Of a DNA stretch of 64,000 nt, positions 51,801 to 64,000 are shown piece by piece. The notes beneath the pieces are model-generated. The model searched no databases, had not been told where the DNA came from, and saw only the letters and a program-made list of their open reading frames with translations. Source of the DNA: Geosiphon pyriformis uo1 (Eukaryota; Fungi; Glomeromycota); the NCBI GenBank assembly GCA_016748015.1, contig JAAOMT010000718.1:1-64000 (forward strand), written 5' to 3'. Position 1 is the stretch's first letter. The number at the start of each line of letters is the position of its first letter. The translations under genes were made by a program, and so were the position numbers.

Positions 51801-54783
51801 ATCCCCATTTACAACCCAACAGAAGATGTCATTGAAATCCCCAAAAGAACTCTCGTCAGTTTCATATCCACAGATATTCAAAATCCTGAAAAACCCCAAT
51901 CCATTTCAGATTTCACACAATTATTCTTATTCTGTGATATTACCTCACAAGTATGGAATTTGCCAAAAGAAAGTTACTTGTTTACATCAGAAGAGATCAA
52001 TAAATTGAATTTAGGAAACTTAAGTATTCTACAACAAATACAACTCAAAGTTCTTCTGAATCAGTATGCCGATGTCTTTGCCAGTGAAAATGAGTTCGGA
52101 CACACTGACATTGTGAAGCATCAGATTGATACGAGAGATACTCAACTGATTAAGCAATGAGCTTACTGCGTACCTCTATCTGGCAATAACCTAATTAAGC
52201 AAGAAGTGCAACAGATGCTTGATAATGGCCTAATCAAAGAATTGTTAAGCCTTTGGTTTTTGCCAGTAGTCTTGGTCACCAAGAAAAATGGAAAAGTGCA
52301 ATTCTGCGTAGACTACAGGAAACTAAACAGTGTTACCCGAGGAGATAGTTATCCCACTTTTCTTATCCAGAAAATTCTGAACAGTCTAGAAAAAAAGAAA
52401 TGGTTCTCGTCATTAGATTTAGCAAGTAGTTACTGGCAAGTTGAAATAGACCCCAAAGACAAAAGAAAAACAGTGTTTACCACTTGAAATAGAAACTTTG
52501 AGTTTAATGTAATGTCTTTTGGACTTTGCAACACTTCCGCCATGTTCCAATACCTCATAGATATTATATATAAAGGAATCCTATGGAAATCAGTCATAGT
52601 ATATCTAGATGATACCAATGTCTTCTCTGAAATGTGTGACAATCATTTGCTCTATTTGCAACAAGTCTTTGAATGCCTTCATAATGCCAGATTGAAACTC
52701 AATCCCAATAAATGCTTCTTTGGAAAAACTGAGTTAAAATTCCTAGGACATGTAATCAGCAAAGACAGAGTCAAACCCAATTCAGATAAAATCCAAAAAG
52801 TCAAGAATTTTCCAGCCCCAATCAACCTCAAAGAATTACAAGGATTTCTAGGATTGGCAGGATATTATCATCTATTTGTTAAAGATTTCTCGAATATCAC
52901 AAAACCACTCCATCATTTGTTGTCCAAATACATACCGTACTTGTGAAAGGAAGATCAACAGAAGGCATTCGACTATCTCAAGCAGTAATTGATTACATCT
53001 CCAATCCTGATTTATCCAGATTTCACTAAACAGTTTATTGTCACTACAGACGCCTCGAAAAATGTTCTAGGAGCAGTCTTATTACAGATAGGACCGGACA
53101 ATAGAGAACATCCAGTTGCCTATACTAGTCGCAGCACAAGCCCAACAGAAAAGAATTACAGCACAACAGATCTGGAATGTCTCACCATTTATTGGGCCAT
53201 ACAGACTTGGAAACATTACCTCAGTCAACTATTTGACTTATATACTGACCACAAAGAACTTATTTGGTTACTCAACAATTCACAACTAGAAGAAAAATAT
53301 GCGAAATAGAGTACTTATCTACAACAATTCCCACTTAAAGTCTATTACAAAGAAGGATCCAAGAACACCAATGCCGACAGTTTGTTGAAGATGCTACAAA
53401 CCTAATCCCAGACTCATGAATACACTCACTTATCAATAACTATATCAGTACTTATTGACACTACATTTCAAGGAGATATTATCTCAACAGGAACAAAGTA
53501 CCATATGAAAACAAGCCCAAAATTATTTTATTTAAGACAACCAACTATATCGACAAGAACACCAAAACCATTCTACTCCACAACGACTAATCAAGGACAG
53601 TAAAAGAGAAACTATATTATATAGCATACACTTAGATCCAATGTTAGGACACTTTAACAAAGATGCTACTCTTGAAAAAACACTAAATTTATACTATTGA
53701 CCAATGATGTACAAAGACATTTTCGAATACATACTCAATTGTGATGCATGTCAGCAAAGAGGAGGAGCAAGATCAACAGAACCACTTCAACCCATTCCAG
53801 TTAGAAATTTATTTGATAGAATTGGGATTGATTTGGTTGGTCCTCTTTCAATTACATCCAAAGGAAATTGGTACATTACTGTAGCTGTAGACTATCTTAC
53901 AAAATGGCCAGAAGTTAGAGCAATCCAAGTAGCTGATGCCAAAACAGTAGCCAAATTCATACACCAAAATCTAATTTGCAGACATAGATGCCTGAAAGAA
54001 TTGCTATTTGACCAAAGAACACATTTTGTCAATAATACACTAACAGAATTAAGCCAACAGTTTGGTATAAAACATCCTCTATCGTCACCATACCACCCAC
54101 AAACAAATAGACTGGTAGAATGATTTAACCGAACACTTTGTGAAGCACTAACAAAAATAAGTCAAGAGAATGAACAAGAATAGGACTTATTCATACCTTC
54201 AATACTCTTTGCATACTGAACACTAAAACAAAATACAACACAATTCACATCATTCGAACTAGTCTATAAAAGAAAAGTGACATTACCTATCAAACAAGAA
54301 ATATTGTCCTACCCAACAGAAACAATCACCAAAGAGAATTTCAAAGCTACCTTACACCAAAGAACATACCAGCTAATAAAAATGTTAGAAAACAACTGAA
54401 AAACAGCAGCTGATAATATTAATAATGCTCAAAAATGGCAAAAGGAAAGACATGACAATCACCTGCTTGAACAACCAATGGAATTTAAGATTGGAGACCA
54501 AGTACTGTTACATTATACAAAAGCTGAGAAACAGTAGAGTGGAAAGTTCAACCCAAAGTGGGACAGTCCATTTCACATACATGAAGCTTTAAGAAATAGA
54601 GCTTACAAACTACAATTGAAAAACACGATTTTAAAGAAAGTAGTGCATGGAAATCGGTTAAAAATTTATCATGCAAAACAGGAATTATTGTCATTAGTAC
54701 CTCAACTAGGAACACAAATTTCATTAATTAGACCAGAAGATATACCACAAGATCTGGAACCAATCATCATTATTGAAACATAG
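48861..54783 (+). pseudogene. Outer Gypsy gag C-terminus and pol (PR, Cys-rich domain, dUTPase, RT, RH, IN)
   Basis: CYYCQKPKHIA knuckle, LILDSGS, AHDTNAGFDL, FCVDYRKLN, YLDD, TDAS, CDAC, YHPQTN. Confidence 0.92.
51186..51578 (+). pseudogene. dUTPase domain of the outer Gypsy, degenerate
   Basis: PKRAHDTNAGFDL, RSSLA, IINAGY, KIAQAIF, GFES. Confidence 0.88.
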
Positions 54784-54863
54784 ACAATGGGCAGCAAATT
54801 AAATTGGGGAATTCAAATATATATAGCATCCAAAAAGCAGCAAGAAATAATAGAAATTTTAAC

Positions 54864-55598
54864 ATGGACTTTTCAGATTAAATTTTAAAATTATCTAAAC
54901 AATTATTTGAAACAATTCAAAAATCTCCTGTTCAGATAAAAATAACAATTAATAAAAAAGAGATATGGTATAAAAATAAGAGCAAGAGAGGAGAGGACAA
55001 GAATTCAATTAAAACTAAATGTTTCCTCCCCTACCCACCATCCAAAAGGCAATGTTGGAGGAAAAATTGCCTTTAGGCAAAAGGTAGAAAAGAAAGAGGC
55101 AAAGAATAAAAAAAAGATTACAAAAGAAGATACTTGGTCCCTGAGCTTGAAAAAATAAAAGAAGCTTTAGCTCATAAGACCAAACTTCCTAAAACAGGGG
55201 AGTAGACACCTGACAATACCCAGAAATGGAAAGAAAAACTTCCTCTAGCATATTGGTTCTACAAAATTGGAAAACAGCTTGACTTGAAAACATTATACAA
55301 AGACCTCAGCCAGAAAATATTCAACAAAGAAGCAATACAACAAGTAGAAAAGTTCGTAAGGAAAAACAACTTGACCCTATATTACAAAGCAGCATACCGA
55401 CTATATGCCACTTTTCAATATTGTCCAAACGTACTGTTGTATGAATCAATAAAGATGATAATAGTTAACAACATAGGATGAATTACTAATTAACAGTTCG
55501 AAGACCTACAAAAAACAATACTCGATGCAATCATCGAACATTACACAAACAAAGACATAGGAACAGATATATATGATTTCACAGGAGCTCAATTCTAA
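54864..55598 (+). pseudogene. ORF3 of the outer Gypsy, unknown function
   Basis: In-frame MDFSD*ILKLSKQLF...FVRKNNL...DFTGAQF*, ending at the PPT. Confidence 0.72.
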
Positions 55599-55609
55599 AA
55601 AGAGAGAGA
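55597..55609 (+). promoter_or_regulatory. Polypurine tract of the outer Gypsy
   Basis: AAAAAGAGAGAGA just before the 3' LTR. Confidence 0.8.
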
Positions 55610-55612
55610 TAA

Positions 55613-56644
55613 TGTTACCCAAGTAGAAAAACTGATTCAAAATTATGAAAAAATGTAACCAAAATGTGACCAAAACATAACATAACACAAAATAGTGTGC
55701 AATAATGTTGAATAATATGTTATAATGTAGGATAATGTGTTATAATGCAGGATAACACAGAATAACATGTAATAACATCAAATAACGTGTTATAACATAG
55801 AATAACTAGTAATAACGTAAAAAAACAAAGCAATAACAGAAATAACAAAGCAATAACTAGTAATAGTGAAACAATTGAAAGCAATTCTGTAAAACCAAAA
55901 AAATGTATAAAAGCAAGTAGTAGTAGAAGTTAGAAAAAAAGACAGATAGATATGAACTTCTAGACAAAAATCAAATATCCATATTTTTTTATTATTTATT
56001 ATCTTCCCTATTTCATCTTCTGAAATAAACCAATTATTAAAGAAATTAGAATCACAAATTCATGTTCTTGAATTTCATGGAATTTACATGAATTAACTCT
56101 TGTCTTGTATCTTTGTTCTAGGACAGATGCTCTTAGCATAACCATCTCGAACTATTAACAATTTGGATTAATTGTTCTTGATCATAGTAATTAACAATAC
56201 TAATTTATCTTTTTTTTCTTTTCTTTTCTTTTTCTTTTCTTTTTATTTTTTATTTTTTTGTGGAGTGGCAACATAGTAAAATTAACTGTCTGAAAATAGA
56301 CTTCGTGATAGCCTGGTAAAAGAGGGAAGCTCCCCCTAAGTTTTGAATATTAACATTATCTTGTTAACTTACCAGAAGGGTGAAAAGACAATGCCAGACC
56401 CTAATGGCTGCGCTTGTTAGCTCAGAGAAAAAAGCTCACATTTACGGAAAATATTACAATTGACAAAAGACAAACTCTGTGCCTTATAACCAAAAAACTC
56501 AACAGGTAAAATCACATCCAGGAATAGACCTTCAGAGACTGATAATTAAGACTAAGCCAACAGAATTACATGAAAGACGCATCATCAATAATTGAGAGCA
56601 CCAAACATTACCATTTCCTATACCTACTAAGTTTACCTGTAACA
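55613..56644 (+). repeat. 3' LTR of the outer Gypsy (1032 bp)
   Basis: TGTTACCC...TGTAACA; aligns with 36220-37293. Confidence 0.94.
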
Positions 56645-58932
56645 GCATTAGGGTTAATGAGTTGGTTTCTTCCACTTTGGTGAAATTGCAAGTGATTGCT
56701 TTAGTTTTGGAATGTGTTTCTTCTCACAGTTCTGTTGTGGTTTATTCGAACAGTCAGACTGCCTTAGATGCTTGTGCTGTTGAATCAGTTTTGGCTTCTC
56801 TGAACTTCTATAACTATTGCTGGATGGAGCAGTATGGTATTGTAAATCTGATTAGAAATAAAAGGCTTAATGTTTCTTGGCATAAGATTAAAAAACATTC
56901 GGGTGTTATAAGTAATGACTGTGCTAATAAATTGGTTGATTCAGCTGCAAGTTCAAGTTTGGTGCTTCCTGTTTTGATTAAGAAAATATTCATAGAGACT
57001 GGTGGGGTGGTGGTGTCTGGTAATGTTCAGCATTTTGCTCAGAGTATTTTTAGGACTGTAAATCATGCTGGTTAAGAGGTTGGACTCAGTTTTGCTGTTA
57101 TTAACAGTGGTATAATTGGTGATGTGGATTGGGTTTGTTCTGCTTCGGTCTAACATCCTGACTCATATATAATAGCTGGATTTACCAGCAAGCCTATTGC
57201 TGGTCTGTGCTCATATTTTTTGAAAGCTCTATACTACTGTTTGCCAGTTGCTATGTGGAAGCACTTGTATAATAGGGATTATCCAAGTGTTTTGTGTCTT
57301 GATTATGAGAAGATAGAAAGCTCTAATCACTTTTTTGTGTGTGCATTCAACTCTAATGTCCATAAGGATCTGCTTGCTTCCCATTTAGCTAAGTAGCACT
57401 CTATGTCCGATTTGGGTCTTCCTTTGTCTTGAATCTCACAAGTGTTTTCTTTGTGCATTTCTGATAATATGTTATATACTGCTTTAAGCAAAGACTTTTT
57501 ATTCAGGGATTGGTATCTGAAAACTGTAGCTGTTTTGGATGATGCTAAGTCTGCAGGAAAAGTTATTATTGACTTTGTTTGAAATTTTGGTGCTGCTCAT
57601 CATGCTGAAATATGGATGGTTAGAGCCAAATATAGGGCCTTCATAGAGAAAAGTGGTTTGATTCATTGTAATAGTTCTGTTTTTCCTGTAACCCATGGTC
57701 TGTTGTTTTTGCTTTCAACTGGAATAGTTAGATTGCTTAGAGTTATTGAAGCAATAGGTATCTGTTTTGGTTTTCATAAATCCTGCTGTTTTTTTTCTGG
57801 TTTTGATAGTGTGGTGTCTATTATGATAGATTCATAGTGTTGTTCTGATTAGTTTGAGTGGCTGGTCATGTATAAAAAATGCATAATTTGTGCCTAGTTT
57901 AGATTACTTAGTTTGATGTATTGTGCTAAGTAATATTTGGATTTTACTCATTAAATGTCAATAAAAAAAATATAACATTAGAAAAATAATTAATTTTTAA
58001 TTTAAAAAGTTAAAAAATAAATCATTAAAACAATTATTAAATATTATGCAAAATTAATTATTTTAAAAAAAAATTGGTTAATTTTACAAAAACCTTAATT
58101 TTAAAAAAATAATAATAATATTCAAATAAAAAACCAATTTAATTATAAAAAAAATATAAATAACATATAATAATACATAATAATACAAAATAATTAACAA
58201 TAACACCAAATAATTAATAATAAAATAGTATAAAAAAACAATAAAAATAGCAAACTTTTAAAAACTATTTTATAAAACAGAAAATATTTATATATATATA
58301 AATAGTTTTAATAAAAAAAAAAGTATTTAATTTAAAAAAAAGATGTTTAATTTTAAAATCAGTATTTAAAATTCATTAAATAATTAAATTTGATTATATA
58401 TTTATTATTTTATTTTAATAAAAATTTTATTTAAAATTTTAAAACATATTACTTAAATCTTTTATTTTTGTTATTAAAAATTTACTTACTTTTTAATATT
58501 AAAAACCAAATATAATTAACATAATATACTTAGAATTTTATTAATTTTTTTAAGAGATTTGTAATTAGTTTAGAAATAGCCAAAAGTAATACAAACAAAA
58601 TATCAATAATTTAACTATTATAACAAGTAATTTAATATTATAATAGCTATTAATAATTGTAAAATTAAGTACAATCAACTATAATTTAATTTGCTAAGTA
58701 TTTATTAATACTTAATTATTAGAATTAATAAATAACAACAAACCAATTTATTAGTAAATATTAAAACAAGTTTTACTTAAACTAAAACAAACAACTCTAA
58801 AATAATATATAAGAATATGCGGAAAAAACAGCAATTCAAGTTTTAAATGGAATTGATCATAGTCTTTTATATTTTATATTTTAATTAATATAATAAGGTA
58901 GTAAAAATTCTTGACATAATGAAACATTCAAA

Positions 58933-61532
58933 ATGTATGACCCCAATACTCTTTCTAACATTAATGAGGTGCAAACCAAGCATCTACATTTAGACCTAGC
59001 CATTGATTTTGAAAAGAAAATATTAACGGGTTCTGTCCTCTTGAGACTTCTTACAGTAGCCAATGATGTAGCTAAAGTCATTCTTGATACCAGTTATGTT
59101 TTCGTAGAGAGGGTATCTCTTGAAGGGAAGTCTTTGGCGGTTCGTAATTCGTTTTATAGTTCGCCGATAAGGCTAAAGACCCGATGTTTTGAATTCCAAT
59201 CAAGAATAATGGATCGTTAAATCCTATATGAACATAACTGAAATAGTTTGAATTAGCAAAACGACACGAGACATATGGGTCCTCTTTGCACATTGAACTC
59301 CCTCAAAAGCTTCCTATTAATACCGCATTCGAATTAAAAGTTGATTATCAGACTACTGGAAGCTGTACAGCTGTTCAATGGTTGGAACCAAGGTAAGTCT
59401 TCAAGCCTCGTGACATTTAATTTCGAGAGAAAAACTTAAATTATCAGTTTTTATATAAATTAGCCAAACAGTTGGAAAAAAACATCCATATCTGTTTACT
59501 CAGGGCCAAGCGGTACTGATTTTTAATCCACGTTTTGTCTTTTATTAATCAAAGCTAACTTCTCTTTAATCTCTTGTTGACCGTGCCATAGATTCACGCT
59601 AGATCTTTAGTCCCATGCCAAGACACTCCTGGAATCAAATTAACTTATAGTGCTCACATCCGCTCCCCCTACCAATCCTTAATGAGTGCTCTTAATGTTG
59701 GGGAAACGGATCTTGGAAATGAAATGAAGCTTTATAAGTTTGAACAAAACATAAAGATACCTTCATATTTAATTGCCTTGGCCGTTGGTAATTTGAAAGG
59801 CAAAGAAATAGGTCCTCGATCCACCGTTTGGACTGAACCTGAAATTCTGGAAGCGGCTGCTTGGGAATTTGTGGATACTGAAAAGTTTATTTCAATTGGG
59901 GAAGAACTCTTAACACCCTATGAATGGGGGCGATATGATCTATTGGTCCTTCCATCTTCGTTTCCATATGGCGGGATGGAGAATCCTTGTTTGACTTTTG
60001 TGACTCCAACTCTTCTAGCTGGTGATCGGTCGTTAGTTGATGTGGTAGCGCATGAAATTTCTCATAGCTGGATGGGAAATTTAGTTACTACTGCGAATTG
60101 GGAGCATTTTTGGCTTAACGAAGGATGGACTGTATTCATTGAACGCAAAATCCTAGGAAAGTAAGAGGCTAAACTTTTTCAGATATTTTTTACTACAAAG
60201 TAGATATTTTATTCAGAAGAGATCCGATATTGCAAACAAGTTCCCTTATGAATGGTTACAATTTGTTATTATTAGGTCGCTTACATGGAGAAAAAGAACG
60301 CCAGTTTGACGCGATAATTGGTTTGCGCGCTTTAAAAGATAGTATCAAACTATTCGGGGCGGATAACCCTTTAACCGCATTAACCCCTAAGCTTGAAAAT
60401 ATTGATCCAGATGACGTTTTCTCTAGCGTCCCGTATGGTAGATTATTGGCATCCAGTCTTCGGCTCGGGATTATTTTTAACCCAAGATATATTAACTGAT
60501 AAAATTTTGAACAATAGAGAAAGGATTTAATTTTCTTTACCACATTGAGCAAGTTGTTGGGGGGCCCAAGTACTTTGAACCGTATATGAAGGCCTACGTG
60601 CAAAACTTCACAGGAAAATCGATTACCACTGATGAGTGGCGAGATTTTCTCTTTTCTTACATGGAAAAGACATTTGGGCCCGAAAAGAGAGATGCACTAA
60701 TAAAGATCGACTGGGAAACTTGGTTAAATGCTCCCGGAATGGTACGTGGGATTTATTTATTTTTGCTAATTACTTTTTAACTTATTTTAATTAGTTCAAG
60801 ATTTTAACAGCCACCGATTGTTAATGATTTTGATCGAAGTCTTTCTAAAGCTTGTATTGAACTTGCAAAGAGGTGGGTATCGATTTCAATGGTCGACAAA
60901 CACGATACTCAGTTTTTGGGTTTTCCCCCTCTTCCGTATGCACAAAAATATATGTAAATTTTATCGGAAATAGGTGGGATGATGCTCGAAATAACCAAAC
61001 GTTTGAGGACTTTTCCCCCGACGATCTCAAAGAGTTTAGCACACTACAAAAAAGTAATAATTAAATATGGAATTACTGTAATTTTTTAGCCACTTACCTT
61101 GAGAATTAATTCTTTAATATTTTAAAGTCAAATTTTTGCAGCAAATTTCCGAATATCCTCCTTTCCCCCACAAGGCTCTCATAGCTCTCGATCACGTCTA
61201 TAACTTATCCCAAGTTGTCAACGCTGAAATTCGTTTCCTGTGGCAAGAAACTTGCTTGAAAGCAGAATATGAACCCATATTTCCGTATGTTATTAAATTC
61301 ATTACCGAACAAGGAAGGATGAAATTTGTCAGACCCCTATACAGGTTTGTGTCTTGGTTGAACGATTATTGTCTTGATTAATATTGCATTCTCTGAAAAA
61401 ATTCTATTCTTTCTATTTAGGGAATTGAATAAGTGTAAAAATGGAAGTGATTTAGCCAAGAAGACATTCATTGAAAATAAATCATTTTATCATCCTATTG
61501 CCGCAGCCATGATTGAGAAGGATATCTTTTAA
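58933..61532 (+). CDS. LAP2: Leukotriene A4 hydrolase / M1 leucine aminopeptidase 2
   Basis: Multi-exon; [50 protein letters not shown](x18)[24 protein letters not shown]. Confidence 0.95.
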
Positions 61533-61675
61533 ATTCAGGAGGGAACCCTTATTGTCCATATTTAAAATTTCTACATTATGCAGAGAAATAAATAAATTAG
61601 ATGTGTGAAACAAAACTGACACCATTCAAGTTTAATGAAAGTGATTAATTAAGAGATAATTTATATACCTTCGTT

Positions 61676-63937
61676 TCATCGCCGATAATGTAAGGTGTTG
61701 CCCCATCTGTTAGTTGGGCTGTTTGTATAATAATCTGCGCCATCAACCCTGGGACTACCACCACCACCACTACCCACAGGAGAGTACTCATTTGTAGATG
61801 GATAACTCGTTGGCAAAGATATTGGTGAAGGATAAGGAGATATTGGAATGGAAGGGGCAGTAGCAGTAGTGTTGGTAAGAATTGTACTTTTGTTGGCTTG
61901 ATGTACAAAATACAAAAACACTATACTAGCAATGCCGCTGACCAGAAAAATGACGTCAAACCAGCGATGATAAAAGTTGAATTCAATTGAGCCGAGCACT
62001 TCGGTAATAATCATTCTATGATGATGAAGCACAAGTTTGGTGTCAACTTTCCGAAATTATCTTGTAACGAGTCAAATATTTTTACAAACCTATACTCCGC
62101 GGGCAATGACATTCGTAGCATCATCACTGAACTTAATAAATACATTCCCATGATTTGAGCAAGAAATAAAACGATATTGCTTCGCGAGACCGAACTTGAG
62201 ACCGCTCTAAAGAACTATTCAAAAAAGAAATGGTTAGTATTTAAATACCCGAAACTTTATGTTAGCCGGGTTATCGAAAAGAAACCAAATGGTGAGATTA
62301 CCTTGAGGAGTTGAATCAACAAGCCACGAATAGAAAATATGATCATTAATCCAACAAACAAAAAGCTCAGTTGTTGGGACCAAAAGGGTACATCCAACGT
62401 GATATCTATATATTTGATGGCTAAGGTAAGGCCATAAGTAATTGGGTCAGAAGCGGGACCAGTGCGGCTCAATATGATGTTAATCGTTGCCTGAAATCAT
62501 TAAAAAAATTAATAGGAAAAGGTATTGTGCACAGACGACGTGCGGGATAGTTCACAAAATTGCACAAATGGCTCACCATAACGATTTTGTAGATACAGTA
62601 CACTGAAAATATGTAGCCCAAAAAATTGAAATATTTTCCTTTCCAGGTCTTTGAGTACTCAAGTCGGTCCTAGGGAATAAAAATTTTTAGATTTCAATTA
62701 ATTTAAAAGATAAGTTCAAAAAATCCAAATAATTCAGGGATTGTGGTCAATTCACAAACACGAACCTTTTCAAGATATAAATCATCGATATCCAAAAAAA
62801 GCTGTCGACCGAGGTTTTCGAGTCCACTAATTTCCTGTCGTAAAGTACCGATGTCTGGGGTGCGAATTGAAAAATATCGTTTTCTTCCAATCACCAAAGA
62901 TGAAGGGTCGAAGAAAATTGGAACATACTCTCTCCACCAATTCCCATGCCTCCCGCCACAGTGTTAAACATTTTTCTCACGAATCCACCGACTCTGGTAC
63001 TCTGCTGCAAAGTAAATGAGAAAAAAAAGATCTTAGTTTTCAATGAAAAGAAGAAGATAGACAAATGACCATCCATCTCAAGAAATGGAAATACCTCGTT
63101 CACGTTCTTTTGACGCATCTGGATAATGAGAATACGTTTCTTTTTGCTTATTATCTGTTCTAAAGTTTGAAGATATTTTTTCTCGGCCGCCTGGATATCT
63201 GCGTCTGTAACTTGCCTTTAAAACAAGAAGGGGATAAACAAGGATAATAGTCATGGTATACTCTCTAAAGCAGCGTTTTTCACACAAATTAGGATCATGA
63301 CGGGAAAAACTTTTCAAATTTCCCCACCGCAGAAAGAAAAATAATGTGGCATAGGGACTGTTGACAGCACCAAATCCCGATAAAATCGCCATGATTGTAA
63401 CTCCAATGACACCAACACGGCTCATACCAGACTGTATGAAAAAATCACCTGGGGGGGGGGGAGGGGTGAACAAAGAAAAAGAGGAACAAAAAATTCGTGG
63501 CCTTTTCAAAAAATGTGACGAAAAATTACATTCTCCGGCGGGAGAGCGATCACTTTCATGTCAAATAAAATTTTAAAAGAACACATACTAGTCTCCGAAT
63601 TAGAGTTTTTTGATATTGGGAAAAAAGTTCCAACTTGCCAGAACCCATAAAAATAGACAAGCCAAAAAAAGGTGGAGAAAGTCAATGAATAACGTCTTGA
63701 GAGGCCTTTCAAAATGTTCGTTCAAATTGGAGGATAAAAGTTAAATTTCATATTAGTCTTTGAAGGTACAGATATCAAAAAAAGATATTGGAAAGACTGA
63801 AGATCAAGTCTTTTGATGAGCAATACCGACTCTCGCGCACATTGGTGATAACCAAATTCATTTGGTAAAAAGGAATAAGTATGATGATAAGGAAAAGTAG
63901 AATGTAAAGCGTAACTTTCCAATGAAACCATCGAGAA
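61676..63937 (-). CDS. GPR89: Golgi pH regulator / GPR89 (ABA GPCR-like), 5' end outside the window
   Basis: Exons encode SRWFHWK, MSRVGVIGVTIMAILSGFGAVNSPY, DPIT, FWSQQLSFLFVG..I..SIRGLL and FYHRWFDVIFLVS; convergent with LAP2. Confidence 0.92.
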
Positions 63938-64000
63938 CTGAAAAATACAAATCACAAATGGGGTTTTCGCAGTTAAAACTTGCGGTCTTTTTATTTTTAT

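Larger units (their letters stand above)
36220..56644 (+). mobile_element. Outer Ty3/Gypsy LTR retrotransposon (dUTPase-encoding), degenerate, with a second Gypsy inserted in its gag
   Basis: Two LTRs, PBS, PPT; gag from ~37358; protease LILDSGS; RT YLDD; RNase H TDAS; integrase HHCC/DDE; domain order PR-RT-RH-IN. Confidence 0.95.
30677..57970 (+). mobile_element. LINE copy E, full length, split in its RNase H domain by a 20.4-kb nested Gypsy insertion
   Basis: ORF1 30800-32753; ORF2 32750-36219 resumes at 56649 and ends at 57837 (the junction reads G-I-G-V-R-V-N-E-L-V-S-S-T-L); 3'UTR and A-run 57963-57970. Confidence 0.94.

Overview
Eukaryotic, intron-rich fungal DNA. The AT-richness, Sel1/kinase debris and TE families suggest Glomeromycota/Mucoromycota, but this is inference. 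About three quarters of the window is decayed retrotransposon. Host genes: the 3' part of a CSC1/OSCA (DUF221) channel, an intact 10-exon gene for an unknown PD-(D/E)xK-like protein, ATG5, a Sel1-repeat/kinase pseudogene, leukotriene A4 hydrolase (LAP2/LTA4H) and the 3' part of GPR89/GPHR. TEs: five copies of one RNase H-bearing LINE family, a solo LTR inside one LINE, and a three-level nest (LINE <- Ty3/Gypsy <- Ty3/Gypsy). Most notable observations: (1) both Gypsy elements share an unusual layout (N-terminal extension-Gag-PR-Cys-rich domain-dUTPase-RT-RH, probably a separately started integrase, then a conserved unknown ORF3 ending at the PPT); (2) the three LTR insertions have 4-bp TSDs that reconstruct to N-CG-N; (3) the repeats show near-pure transition hypermutation and are flanked by extremely AT-rich belts; (4) a tandem pair of structured 50-nt motifs with covarying stems lies between the nuclease-like gene and ATG5; (5) one ATG5 intron has no usable AG acceptor and a U12-like donor. 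All counts and alignments were done by eye.
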